Shown one piece after another: positions 1 to 9,533 of a DNA stretch of 64,000 nucleotides; within the stretch, counting starts at the first letter, position 1, and the number at the start of each line of letters is the position of its first letter. Source of the DNA: an uncultured Candidatus Saccharibacteria bacterium (GTDB taxonomy: Bacteria > Patescibacteriota > Minisyncoccia > Phycocordibacterales > Phycocordibacteraceae); assembly GCA_964469405.1 (NCBI GenBank), contig CAYXYP010000004.1:7717-71716 (forward strand), read 5' to 3'. Both the position numbers and the translations under genes were made by a program. The notes beneath the pieces were generated by a model that was not told the origin of the DNA, searched no databases, and worked only from the letters and a program-made list of their open reading frames with translations.

Positions 1-980
1 CGCGTATTCGGTGTAAGAGAATGTGTTTCGAGGAAGTCGGCAAGGGTGACGTCGCCGAGCGCAAAGCCGACTGCAGGAATCGGGTCGCCACCAAAGAGGG
101 CGACGAGCTGGTCGTAGCGCCCGCCACCGAAAATGGCACGAGGATTCTCAATGTTCGTGTCGTAAACTTCGAAGACCATTCCGGTGTAGTAATCAAAGCC
201 ACGCGTGATGCTCGAATCGAAGACGACATTGCCGACACCATAGGTTGCGAGCACTTCAATGTGATTGAGCAACCGACTTTTCTCAAGGGCCACTTCAGGC
301 GGAGCGCTCGTATCTCCGATAATTGAGAGGGGATCTGTCTCCGAAATCGTGCTCGATGCCGCCGCAAAAGCTTCAAGGGTCATCTTTGATTTCTTGTCGA
401 GGAGTCGTAAGTACTGTCGGATACTTTCGCCCTTTAGTCCCGCTGCGGTACAAGCGGCGTTCAGAAGTGGTCGTGAATTTATCCGAATGACGAAGTCGCT
501 TTCTGTGGCGCCAAAAGATTTGAGTATGGTCGATGCGAGCCGCACGATCTCAATATCGGCTTCGCCTTCGGGAAGTCCAATGAGGTCAATGTCTGCTTGA
601 TAAAATTCGCGCAGGCGACCTTTCTGTGGTCGTTCGTAGCGGAAACGATTGCCGATAGAGAACCATCGCAATGGATAGCTGAGTTCGCGACGTTTTGCCG
701 CGACCATCCGAGCCAGAGTCGGTGTCATTTCAGGTCGCAATGTTACGCGACGCTCGCCACGATCGGTGAATGTGTAAGTCTGTTCATTAACGATCTCCTC
801 GGAGGTTTTTGCTTCGTAGAGTTCGGAGCGTTCGAGCGGGGAAGCGTTATATTCCTCGTAGCCCCAGAGCGTAAGCGTTTTACGTATTTGCGTGAACATC
901 GCCTCGAGACGTGTCCAATCACTAGGATAAAAGTCGCGAACTCCTTTATATGAATCGGTTGATAGTGGTGAGTCGAACAT
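1..980 (-). CDS. hisS: histidyl-tRNA synthetase, N-terminal ~326 codons; the 3' end lies beyond the window edge
   Basis: Own minus-strand translation from the ATG at the complement of 978-980 gives MFDSPLSTDSYKGVRDFYPSD. It continues to ITRGFDYYTGMVFEVYD (complement of about 170-215) and GGGRYDQLVALFGGDPIPAVGFALG. This is the HisRS class II motif 3 region. There is no in-frame stop before position 1, so it is absent from the ORF track. Confidence 0.8.
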   Translation of the reverse strand, partial: MFDSPLSTDSYKGVRDFYPSDWTRLEAMFTQIRKTLTLWGYEEYNASPLERSELYEAKTSEEIVNEQTYTFTDRGERRVTLRPEMTPTLARMVAAKRRELSYPLRWFSIGNRFRYERPQKGRLREFYQADIDLIGLPEGEADIEIVRLASTILKSFGATESDFVIRINSRPLLNAACTAAGLKGESIRQYLRLLDKKSKMTLEAFAAASSTISETDPLSIIGDTSAPPEVALEKSRLLNHIEVLATYGVGNVVFDSSITRGFDYYTGMVFEVYDTNIENPRAIFGGGRYDQLVALFGGDPIPAVGFALGDVTLADFLETHSLTPNT

Positions 981-993
981 AGGTCCGATTGTA

Positions 994-1746
994 TCAGATA
1001 CCAATAATTTTTGGCTTAGTCGAGACGTAGATAATGCGGGGTTTCCCGTATTGGTCGGTGCGTATTTCGGCCAAAAGACCTCGTGTCGCAAATATCCTTT
1101 GAGTCTCCTCAGCTTGAGAACTATCGCACTCAATCCATGCCTCACCGTCTTTGGAGAGGTATTTCGGGAGTTCCTTCGCGATGCGGCGAATGGTATCGAG
1201 TCCATCCGCTCCGGAATAGAGCGCGCGGGCCGGCTCGTAGAGAGCAACGCTTTCCGGTAGCACACGACCGGCCGGAATATAGGGAGGATTTACGGCGATG
1301 ACATTGAACTGCATGTCGCTGAATGGCTCAAATAAGTCACCGATGCGGATATCGGCGCGCATAGCATCAAGATTATTTTCTCGAATATTTTTTTGAATAG
1401 TCGCTTTGTGCGCCGAGTCGATTTCGCCGAAAGATACCTGCATGTGCGGGAGTTTCGAGAGCACGGCACAGCCAATAGCGCCAGAGCCTGCGCAGAGATC
1501 AAGAAAGCCCATGTAGGACGTACGACGTCCTACATGGGTAAGGAGTTGCTCCGTCCACCATTCTGTTTCGGGGCGGGGAATGAGTGGCTTCGAGTCGAGA
1601 TGGATTTTCAATCCAAGAAATGGTTGCCAGCCAATGACGTAACCAAGCGGCTCGCTAGAAGCGAGCCGCTTCTTATCGATTTCGTAGGCCGCTGTTTCTT
1701 TCCCAGCGTATTTTTCATCTAGGAGCCATTGCTCATCGCGAGTCAT
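994..1746 (-). CDS. prmC: release-factor glutamine N5-methyltransferase (HemK/PrmC family)
   Basis: The 250-aa ORF has a SAM-binding LDLCAGSGAIG motif and the NPPY catalytic motif (VNPPYIP). Confidence 0.85.
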   Translation of the reverse strand: MTRDEQWLLDEKYAGKETAAYEIDKKRLASSEPLGYVIGWQPFLGLKIHLDSKPLIPRPETEWWTEQLLTHVGRRTSYMGFLDLCAGSGAIGCAVLSKLPHMQVSFGEIDSAHKATIQKNIRENNLDAMRADIRIGDLFEPFSDMQFNVIAVNPPYIPAGRVLPESVALYEPARALYSGADGLDTIRRIAKELPKYLSKDGEAWIECDSSQAEETQRIFATRGLLAEIRTDQYGKPRIIYVSTKPKIIGI

Positions 1747-1770
1747 AAGGGAACGCTAGCATATAAGAAG

Positions 1771-1802
1771 AAAGCCCGCCCTCCGAAGGAGGGCGGGCTT
1801 TC
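1771..1802 (-). terminator. intrinsic terminator hairpin downstream of the RRM-protein gene
   Basis: A perfect 14-bp stem aaagcccgccctcc / ggagggcgggcttt has a GAAG loop. On the minus strand it is followed by a T-rich tract. Confidence 0.7.
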
Positions 1803-1827
1803 CCCAAGTCTGTTTGACGATAAGGGA

Positions 1828-2223
1828 TTAGTATCCGCCGCGACCGTATCCGCCGCCGCCGTTACCACCACCAAAACCGCCACGATCACCACCGCGGTCA
1901 CCGCCGCCAAATCCACCCTCGCGGCGTGGAGGACGATCACCTTGTGGGCGAGCGAAGGAAACTGAGAGCGTACGCCCATCAAGTTCCTTGCCGTCCAAAC
2001 GGTCGATTGCCGCCTGAGCTTCCGCTTCAGTGGCCATCTCGACGAAGCCGAAGCCTCGTGAGCGACCCGTCATGCGATCACTAATAATGCTCGCGGAAAC
2101 GACATTTCCGGCCTCACCGAAGGCCTTCTTGATATCATCTTCCGTCGAACGATAAGGAATACCACCTACGTAAAGCTTGTTCCCTTGCACCGATGCTCCT
2201 GCTGCTGGCTGCTGATTGTCCAT
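1828..2223 (-). CDS. RNA-binding protein with a single RRM domain and a glycine-rich RGG/GGY tail
   Basis: RNP-2-like KLYVGGIPY and RNP-1 RGFGFVEM are present. The C-terminus reads GGFGGGDRGGDRGGFGGGNGGGGYGRGGY. Confidence 0.85.
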   Translation of the reverse strand: MDNQQPAAGASVQGNKLYVGGIPYRSTEDDIKKAFGEAGNVVSASIISDRMTGRSRGFGFVEMATEAEAQAAIDRLDGKELDGRTLSVSFARPQGDRPPRREGGFGGGDRGGDRGGFGGGNGGGGYGRGGY

Positions 2224-2412
2224 GTATTGGATCTAACTGATTAACCTCGCCGAAACTGAAAACTTTGCTTGCTCTTGTGGAGGGCGAAGCTCTAATACTC
2301 TGCGAGTGGGGACAGTATGCCAGAAATGTGTAGGAAACACAAGGCAAGGTGGGGATATTAGAAAATTGCGGTACGATTTGCGAAATTAACCATATCGGCA
2401 TATTGTGCCTTC

Positions 2413-3213
2413 ATGAAAACCGCCAAGAAAGTTAGCTGGGTCGCCGTGTCAGGAGGATTCGACCCTATACATATCGGCCACGTTCGCATGTTTGAGAAGG
2501 CAAAGAAATTTGGCGATAAACTTGTGGTTATCGTCAACAACGATAATTGGCTTCTCGCCAAAAAGGGCTACGTATTTATGTCCGAAAAGGAACGTTGCGA
2601 AATTATTGCATCGTTTCCTTCCGTCGACAAAGTCATTTTGACCTCACATAAGCCAAACGATCCAGACAGAAGTGTTTGTCGCGAACTCACGAAATTAAAA
2701 CCCGCAATATTTGCAAATGGAGGTGACCGCAAAAGTACGAAAGATATTCCTGAAGCCGTCGTCTGCGAGAAGTACGGAATAAAGATGGTCTTTAATATCG
2801 GTCACGGCGGTAAAGTCCAGTCATCCTCGTGGCTTGCGCGCGATGCGAGTCGTAACTTCGCTCGCTCGGTGCGCCCATGGGGTGAATTCTACGGATGGGA
2901 TTCTGGGAAGGAGTGGAAACTGAAGACTCTCTATGTGAAAGCCGGACAACGTCTGAGTCTGCAGTATCATCATCATCGGACCGAACATTGGATTCTCGTT
3001 GAGGGCGATGTAACTGCGACACTACAAAAACCAGGCGGAATCTCAAAGCGTATGTCGCTCAAGAAAGGGGAGGTTATATTTGTCGATCGAAAGGATGTGC
3101 ATCGACTCGAATCGAAGAAAGGTGGAATCGTTGTCGAGATCGGATTTGGGAATTTTGACGAGAACGACATCGTGCGGCTTGAGGACGATCATGGTCGCGC
3201 AGCAGAACAATAG
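2413..3213 (+). CDS. bifunctional-looking protein: N-terminal sugar-phosphate nucleotidyltransferase (cytidylyltransferase-like, HldE-domain-II/TagD type) fused to a C-terminal cupin (type II phosphomannose-isomerase-like)
   Basis: GGFDPIHIGHVRMFEKAKKFGDKLVVIVNNDNWL resembles the (H/T)xGH nucleotidyltransferase motif of the cytidylyltransferase family. The C-terminal SLQYHHHRTEHWILVEGD...VEIGFGNFDENDIVRLED is a metal-binding cupin signature, as in ManC C-terminal PMI domains. Confidence 0.7.
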   Translation: MKTAKKVSWVAVSGGFDPIHIGHVRMFEKAKKFGDKLVVIVNNDNWLLAKKGYVFMSEKERCEIIASFPSVDKVILTSHKPNDPDRSVCRELTKLKPAIFANGGDRKSTKDIPEAVVCEKYGIKMVFNIGHGGKVQSSSWLARDASRNFARSVRPWGEFYGWDSGKEWKLKTLYVKAGQRLSLQYHHHRTEHWILVEGDVTATLQKPGGISKRMSLKKGEVIFVDRKDVHRLESKKGGIVVEIGFGNFDENDIVRLEDDHGRAAEQ

Positions 3214-3241
3214 CTCTAGTCCAAGATTAGCCAAATTATTT

Positions 3242-4549
3242 CTATTGCGTTTTCAGTTGAAGTTTTTTGTATAGATACGCACGCACTTTGTACCACCAGT
3301 CGGGGTTAATCGGTTTAAGGTGCACATCCTGTCTAACGATAGTGGTTGTTGCGTTTTCAGGCATGTGAAGCGTTACAGGATCATAGCCGTCTGCCTGCAC
3401 CGTTACTTCTTTATATTGTCTCGGTACGAATATTTGGTAGGTTCCATCCGACACAGTCGCATAATTGGTACCATTCACATTCACCCTCACTCCGCCCATG
3501 CTCTCGCCGAGAGAGTCATAGATTACTCCTTGTAGGTTGAATGCTTTGAAATAATTTTGCACGGTGAAATACGCCGCACGCGGCGTGCCGTCGTCGTTTA
3601 GAAGTGCTGTCGATCCTCCGCTGAGGGTCCAGTAATTCACGACAGGAATATGTGCGCGCTCCAGATACATTGCTTTGAAAAGAGAGTCAATATAATTTGC
3701 TTGTTCGGTTTGCGTCATCCATCCGTTCAAGTCGGGGATCGGTGCGCCAAATTCACCGAGTCCCACATTGGCTTTCAATTGCTCGGGGATGGCTTTGATA
3801 TCGCCTGCAAATTGTTCCGGCGTGTGCACGTAATGATCGATAAGAATTGTCCCGCCAAAAGCTCGAACAGTTGCTGGAGTAATAATTTGTCGAGCAATAT
3901 CGGCGTTCATAGAGGGGTATACGGCGACATGTTTGTCTTGTAGCGCAAATTCGTTGTCGGCAATTGTTTTTTCATCTCTAAGAAATGCATTGTACCCAGC
4001 TACATCACCCGTCTGGCGTGGATCACCTGGTCCGCCATTTTCGCACTCTGGACAAGGGCTAAAAACGTCTCCATTCTGAAAGAGTTCGGTATTATCATCT
4101 AAAAAGATTACTAGTAACTGCGTATGTGCAGTACGGTCAACTTTGGGATAATTAAACCACCCCTCCCATCCCGAGAAATTACCTCTGAACCACACTGAGA
4201 GGTGGTGTGATCGAGCGGATGCGACCCATAGTCTTAGGACGGGAAGAAACTCAGTGTCATAGGGGGTAGCAATCGCTACGTGCGTGGCACCCGCATCTGC
4301 GATACGGGCCATTTGCTTGTCTACCATTGGTTTGAATGCATTTGGATTATTGAGCATTTGTCTCGACATGTCGCGCGAGGATTTCATCGTGTCGATGGAC
4401 TGCACGCTAAAAAGATTTCCGGTAGTGGTTGGGGCGAAATAATATAAAGTGTTTCCGTGATAGGACAGGAGGAACATATATAATGCGAAAACGATTACCG
4501 AGGAAGATACGGCAAGTGTGATGAATGTGCGGAATAAAAATTTGCGCAT
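3242..4549 (-). CDS. membrane-anchored/secreted protein, possible glycoside-hydrolase-like TIM-barrel domain plus C-terminal beta-sandwich; last gene of the glycan operon
   Basis: It has an N-terminal TM helix (LAVSSSVIVFALYMFLL) and a 435-aa extracytoplasmic body. It sits at the 3' end of the minus-strand glycosyltransferase operon. The hydrolase assignment is by weak resemblance only. Confidence 0.4.
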   Translation of the reverse strand: MRKFLFRTFITLAVSSSVIVFALYMFLLSYHGNTLYYFAPTTTGNLFSVQSIDTMKSSRDMSRQMLNNPNAFKPMVDKQMARIADAGATHVAIATPYDTEFLPVLRLWVASARSHHLSVWFRGNFSGWEGWFNYPKVDRTAHTQLLVIFLDDNTELFQNGDVFSPCPECENGGPGDPRQTGDVAGYNAFLRDEKTIADNEFALQDKHVAVYPSMNADIARQIITPATVRAFGGTILIDHYVHTPEQFAGDIKAIPEQLKANVGLGEFGAPIPDLNGWMTQTEQANYIDSLFKAMYLERAHIPVVNYWTLSGGSTALLNDDGTPRAAYFTVQNYFKAFNLQGVIYDSLGESMGGVRVNVNGTNYATVSDGTYQIFVPRQYKEVTVQADGYDPVTLHMPENATTTIVRQDVHLKPINPDWWYKVRAYLYKKLQLKTQ

Positions 4550-4552
4550 TGT

Positions 4553-6235
4553 CTAATTCGATGCGGGTACATCATTCCTTTCGAATATAAGGACTTCATT
4601 TGAAGTATATGCTTTATTGAAATATTTATATAGTCGCGCATTGATTTTTGGGTTATCGTTTATGCTCGTCCATACGGTGTCGTTTTTCTGCATGACTATC
4701 CAGCGCGCGTATTTCTCGGGTGTGATGAGCGATTCTTCCCAGTATGGCTTGTTACCGATGTAGATAATGTCCTTCATTTTGATGGGCGAACGAATGATGC
4801 TGATTGTTCGCGCAAAATCATCTGTTAATACCATGCCGCGATCGTAGTGAGATTCAAGCCAGAGTTGTGCATCAGGTATTTTTGCTGTTGCAGATGATAG
4901 GCCTGCAATACCATCTTGCAAGGCAAGCACCGGGGTGAATCCGATGAAGAAGAAAATGCACTGCAACGCGAGCAATCCCCCGATGAGTGTACGACCAAAA
5001 GTCCCACTACGAGAAAACAGATATCCTATGAAGAGCGCAATAACGGGCACCATCATAGCGCCGTAGCGCACATTGAAAAGTGTCCATTCAAAAGTAATCG
5101 GCGTGATGCCTGGTAGGAATATGACCGACTGGCCTAGGAATAAGGTGAGGACATTAAAAAATAATGGGACGAGAAGTACCAATAATATGAGCCATCGGTA
5201 GCGCATTTTTCTACTGAATCCAAACATAAATAGCCCCACAAGTGCGATGCACGCTAGGAGTGTTCCAACGCTCTGCATACTCGTGACCGTGTAATAAAGC
5301 AGCGCTACAAGGATATTGTGGTATGCGGGCAGCTCGCCTCTAACGAGCCAACTATTTTGTTGCGAGCTGGCTGAGAATTGACTGTGAGTGAAATAGAGTG
5401 GATCGCCGAGAATGAGAGCTCCCCATGAGAGCCAGAGGAAAATGCCAAAGAACGCTAATGTTATGAACAATATTTCGCGCCCCTCGAGTCGGTGCCATAG
5501 TTCCAAGAGCGTGCGCTTGCTCTTATGTATGAAGAGAGGCACTCGCTTACTCTGCAATCGAAACCAGGTGAGATTAAATCTCAAAGGAAAATAGTAGAGA
5601 AAGAGCACTCCTGCTTCCATCATCACGAGCGCCCAGCCGTCGTAGCGTGAGAGGGAAGCGCAGAATCCAAATCCTGCCGCTGCGATAAGCATGAGCAGTT
5701 TCGTATCATCGAGGAGAAACCGTATGAAGAAATAGCTTGAGAGAATGAAGAAGACGACCAGTGGGAGCTCGGTCATCGGTGTTGATTGTAGATAGAGGAT
5801 GTTGGGATTCGACATGAACACTATCGCTGCAAAAAAGGCTGCGCTCTTATTTCTGGTGAGAAGGTGAACGAGTTTGTATATATAAAGACTCGAAATAACA
5901 AAAGCAATGCCAGATATGATTGATCCCGCGAGTCCAGTACGCCAAAGGAAATCAAAGTATACGAATGGTATGAGCAATACGTGCGGCAAGGGCAACCAAA
6001 TACCGCCAAGCTGGGCAAAGCCAGGGGTGAGACTGTCTACGACGCGCTTGGCGATGTTGAGGTGCGACTCTGCATCCCCGTAGGCAGCGATGTATCCGTG
6101 AGTAAACGAATATGCCGTCGCGAGTATCGCGACGAATACGGCGAGTATAACGACCCACCACTCGGGAGTGAGCCATATACTCGGACGAAGTATCCATTCA
6201 AAATATTTCTTTCTGATGACAAAGGTGCTATTCAT
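4553..6235 (-). CDS. GT-C superfamily membrane glycosyltransferase (ArnT/PMT-like, polyprenyl-phosphate-sugar dependent)
   Basis: The 560-aa ORF has about 11 TM helices followed by a soluble C-terminal domain. The architecture is typical of GT39/GT83-like enzymes. It overlaps the upstream gene by 8 nt. Confidence 0.6.
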   Translation of the reverse strand: MNSTFVIRKKYFEWILRPSIWLTPEWWVVILAVFVAILATAYSFTHGYIAAYGDAESHLNIAKRVVDSLTPGFAQLGGIWLPLPHVLLIPFVYFDFLWRTGLAGSIISGIAFVISSLYIYKLVHLLTRNKSAAFFAAIVFMSNPNILYLQSTPMTELPLVVFFILSSYFFIRFLLDDTKLLMLIAAAGFGFCASLSRYDGWALVMMEAGVLFLYYFPLRFNLTWFRLQSKRVPLFIHKSKRTLLELWHRLEGREILFITLAFFGIFLWLSWGALILGDPLYFTHSQFSASSQQNSWLVRGELPAYHNILVALLYYTVTSMQSVGTLLACIALVGLFMFGFSRKMRYRWLILLVLLVPLFFNVLTLFLGQSVIFLPGITPITFEWTLFNVRYGAMMVPVIALFIGYLFSRSGTFGRTLIGGLLALQCIFFFIGFTPVLALQDGIAGLSSATAKIPDAQLWLESHYDRGMVLTDDFARTISIIRSPIKMKDIIYIGNKPYWEESLITPEKYARWIVMQKNDTVWTSINDNPKINARLYKYFNKAYTSNEVLIFERNDVPASN

Positions 6236-9200
6236 GGCGACGAATGTATGACAAGAGGAGTACGATTGCTGCGATAACTGCTATCACCACATATATGATG
6301 AGGAAATATTCCATCAAGGTGAGATGGATATACATATACGTCTTGTACACAAAGCTGCCACTTATATTGTCTTGCAGGAGTGGAATATCTTTCAAATAAT
6401 TGTATGTCTTTATTGGAAGTAATATTGCCTCAGATTTTTTTGGAATAGCATTTGATGTTAATGCTCCAAGAAGTGCTATGGCTGATGAGAAGAGGAACAG
6501 TGCGAATGCGGCGATTTTTTTTGGACCAAGAAATCGCCCATAGGAAAGTGCTATACCCACAAAAAGCGCGAGCCATGGCATTGCGGGGATGAGGTATCGC
6601 GGACCATACGCTGACCCTCCCCACGGATCACCCCATGCGCAGTACAGAAATATATTCGTCGCAATGAGAGCAATTGGTACGATATATATAGTACGATAGG
6701 TCTTCTTCCTGCGGAGAACATACATGATGCCAAGGAGCGAAAAAATAAATATCGGCGAGAAAAAGAATAGACCCCGCTCGTCAGAAAATAAGAGGACATA
6801 AAAACTGTTTGGTATGGATTTCTCATGGAAAAATCCAACAGCAGTTTTATCTTTTATTGGGACAGTGCTTGTGGCTGTTGCCGAAGTTGTAGTCGAGGAC
6901 GCCTTCGCAATTGCTGGCGTACTTGTCGCAGTGACAACTTTGTATCCTTTTAACTCTCCTGCAAGATGGCTCCATCCGCCGTAGTACGTGGCATTGTGCC
7001 AGAAATGTAGGCTGGTAACGAAAGCGAATACCACAAATGTCGCAATCGCACTCCATTGTATCGATATCGCAATACCCTCACGAATTTTTTTGAACGAGAA
7101 TGTCGAGACCGCGAGATAGATCATGACCGGTAGCATAAGTACGGCATTTGGGTAGTCGACGAAGATTGCAAGCGCATACGCGAGCCACACATACGCCGCA
7201 TAGAGGAATCTATATCGAGCGTCGCTTTGTGAGAAGCGCCATGCTGCATAAAATGCGGTGACGATAAAACATGCCGTAAAAGCGTTTTGATAGAGAGTGA
7301 TGGCATAGCTCCATGAGGTTGATCCAAATGCGTAGACAAGGACGGCGAATAATGCAGCCCATCGCGGTAATGCGAAGATACGTAGCCCGATGAGATATAT
7401 GAAAACGAGCGTAACGATGCTTATGAGGGATTCTGCAGAAAAGGTAGCAACTTGTCCGAGTCCATATTGCGCACCAAAAAGATAGAAGGGAAGAGTAAAA
7501 TACGAAACACCCGGGGCGAAATAGCTGTCTAATTTTCCATCAGACGACACGCCAACATCAGGATAGGCGATATCAGCCCATGTTTTCGAGAGATTATAGA
7601 CTCCATTCTCAGCCATGTTTGCGACTTGGGTATAGCGGCCACGCTCAGGGGACAATTCAAAAGCGTTTGTTGGTTGGTCTAAATTATTCTTGAATTGATC
7701 TTCGGTTGGATTTCCTGGTGCGCCACGCAACGTCAGTCCGTACATGACGAGACCAAGCATGACGATTGCTATGATGATGGCCGTATCTTTCTTTATAGTT
7801 ATTTTGCTCAGCCAGCTACTTTTTTTGGGAGTTTCTTTCCGCGGCGAGTAATACACTTCTGGTACTAAGGGAATATTCCCATCGGGAAACATCATTTTGG
7901 TCTGACTTGTGTATTCTTTGATCATCCCGAGTTTCATCTCCGGCTCTTCCTCGAAACGAAATACTTCAGTCGCGAGAGGATTGTCATCTTTCGAACCTAG
8001 AACGTTCTTCATATTGTAAGGGAAATCCTTCCACAGAATTACATTTTCGAAATTTTTGAGGCATACATCGCGGACGATCACGTGATCAATGTGTGATTTC
8101 AGAGCGAGCGGGCAGAAAATGACGAATTGTTTCTCATTCGCAATGAGCGCCCTTAATTCTTCCCCGAGGGAACGCATAAGATCTGTGTCGTGGGATGAAA
8201 TTGCTCCGCGGGCGATGTGTAATTGGTGTATCGGATACAAGTGCAAAAATTCCGGAAGAATACGGGAGAGTAGTTGGCGGAACTTACTCGGAGACGTTAT
8301 TTTTCTCCATGAAGCATCGATATATCCAAGATGGTGTGGAGTAATCCCGATACGTGAGTATGCTTTGCGGTCCTCTTCTTTTCGATCAATAAGGAGTTGA
8401 TTAGTATCCGTATACCCACACCGGTACAAGAATCGTAGGACGGAAAGCGTGTATGGTGGCGTCGACGCAGCGGTAAAAACGCTTATAACTTCGACTTGCG
8501 TATGCTTCGACAGGTGCGTAATTAAACCACCCGCCGATAGAGCAGCATCATCCAAGTGTGGAGAAATAAAATAGCACGGGATTTTCCCCGTAATTATTTT
8601 CTGCAAAAAATGAGTGTCGCCCATACTCGCCCGTATTTTTTTAGAGCTTTCTGCCATCTCCCACAATGAAGTAAACTTGTCGGTTTTGTGCAAGCGAACA
8701 TATAACAATATCAGAATAAAATTTATGGAAAAAATAGGGTGCGTGAAAAATTCTTTTACCATTTCCCTGAGTATGAGTCCGGGTGGAATAGCATATGCTT
8801 TTCTGGCCTCATCGCCAAATATATCAATCACAGCCTCTTTGCCTGCAGCAAAACGAGAACTCTGTTTTATATGGTCGCGGAGATTTGTTGGGCAACGAAA
8901 TATCGCTCGAGGATATTTTACGGAAACAAAATGCATTTTGTTTCCCATACAAAACATATACGACATAGCATCATACGGAGTATTGTCTGGGTACTGAATC
9001 GTTGCATATAATTTCTTTGAGAATGCCTGAGCAGGACCGAAACAAGTGTAAAGATTGTTCCCACTTCCTATCGATAAAAATAATTTCTGTTTCAATTCAT
9101 GATTCCAGACAAGAACCTTTTCAGTAAATGTTTTTGGGTTTGAAGGAAGAAGTGCCGCGCTCGTTAGTCCGACGGAGGAGTCATTAATAATTGGGCGTAT

Positions 9201-9533
9201 CAGTTCCTCTACAAAAAACTCATTTTCAGGCAAAATATCCGCATCGAGCATTACCATGATGTCGACTGTGGCATGTCGCAATAGCATATTTTTAGCTCGA
9301 ATGGCTCCGCCTCTTGTCTCAGAGCGGATAAGTTTTACTTTTTCTCCTGCGAACGAACGAACGATAGCGTCTGTCTCATCCGTACTGGCGTCGGATACGA
9401 CCACTATTTCAACTAGGTCTGCAGTATCGATCTTCTGACGAAGGAGTTCAGTCAGAAGCACCCCGATATTTTCGGCTTCATTATATGCAGCTATGGTAAT
9501 AGTGAGTGTAGGTTTCATATTTTTGGCATACAA
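6228..9533 (-). CDS. tri-domain fusion: GT2 glycosyltransferase + LmbE/PIG-L family N-deacetylase + multi-TM GT-C-like glycosyltransferase
   Basis: The N-terminus reads TITIAAYNEAENIG...VVVSDASTDETD...LDAD, a GT-A/GT2 DxD fold. The middle section has ISPHLDDAALSAGGLI, the PIG-L/LmbE HxDD zinc-deacetylase signature. The C-terminal ~550 aa carries about 13 TM helices of PMT/ArnT-like type. Confidence 0.7.
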   Translation of the reverse strand: MYAKNMKPTLTITIAAYNEAENIGVLLTELLRQKIDTADLVEIVVVSDASTDETDAIVRSFAGEKVKLIRSETRGGAIRAKNMLLRHATVDIMVMLDADILPENEFFVEELIRPIINDSSVGLTSAALLPSNPKTFTEKVLVWNHELKQKLFLSIGSGNNLYTCFGPAQAFSKKLYATIQYPDNTPYDAMSYMFCMGNKMHFVSVKYPRAIFRCPTNLRDHIKQSSRFAAGKEAVIDIFGDEARKAYAIPPGLILREMVKEFFTHPIFSINFILILLYVRLHKTDKFTSLWEMAESSKKIRASMGDTHFLQKIITGKIPCYFISPHLDDAALSAGGLITHLSKHTQVEVISVFTAASTPPYTLSVLRFLYRCGYTDTNQLLIDRKEEDRKAYSRIGITPHHLGYIDASWRKITSPSKFRQLLSRILPEFLHLYPIHQLHIARGAISSHDTDLMRSLGEELRALIANEKQFVIFCPLALKSHIDHVIVRDVCLKNFENVILWKDFPYNMKNVLGSKDDNPLATEVFRFEEEPEMKLGMIKEYTSQTKMMFPDGNIPLVPEVYYSPRKETPKKSSWLSKITIKKDTAIIIAIVMLGLVMYGLTLRGAPGNPTEDQFKNNLDQPTNAFELSPERGRYTQVANMAENGVYNLSKTWADIAYPDVGVSSDGKLDSYFAPGVSYFTLPFYLFGAQYGLGQVATFSAESLISIVTLVFIYLIGLRIFALPRWAALFAVLVYAFGSTSWSYAITLYQNAFTACFIVTAFYAAWRFSQSDARYRFLYAAYVWLAYALAIFVDYPNAVLMLPVMIYLAVSTFSFKKIREGIAISIQWSAIATFVVFAFVTSLHFWHNATYYGGWSHLAGELKGYKVVTATSTPAIAKASSTTTSATATSTVPIKDKTAVGFFHEKSIPNSFYVLLFSDERGLFFFSPIFIFSLLGIMYVLRRKKTYRTIYIVPIALIATNIFLYCAWGDPWGGSAYGPRYLIPAMPWLALFVGIALSYGRFLGPKKIAAFALFLFSSAIALLGALTSNAIPKKSEAILLPIKTYNYLKDIPLLQDNISGSFVYKTYMYIHLTLMEYFLIIYVVIAVIAAIVLLLSYIRRHE

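Noticed and set aside
21-953. Three plus-strand ORFs (21-326, 265-600, 597-953) in different frames
   Set aside because: They lie antisense to a continuous minus-strand HisRS reading frame with class II motifs. They show frame-hopping and no recognisable motifs.
1729-1982. ORFs 1729-1965 (+) and 1743-1982 (-) rich in A/T/V residues
   Set aside because: They are out-of-frame or antisense readings of the GGC/GGT-rich glycine tail of the RRM protein gene.
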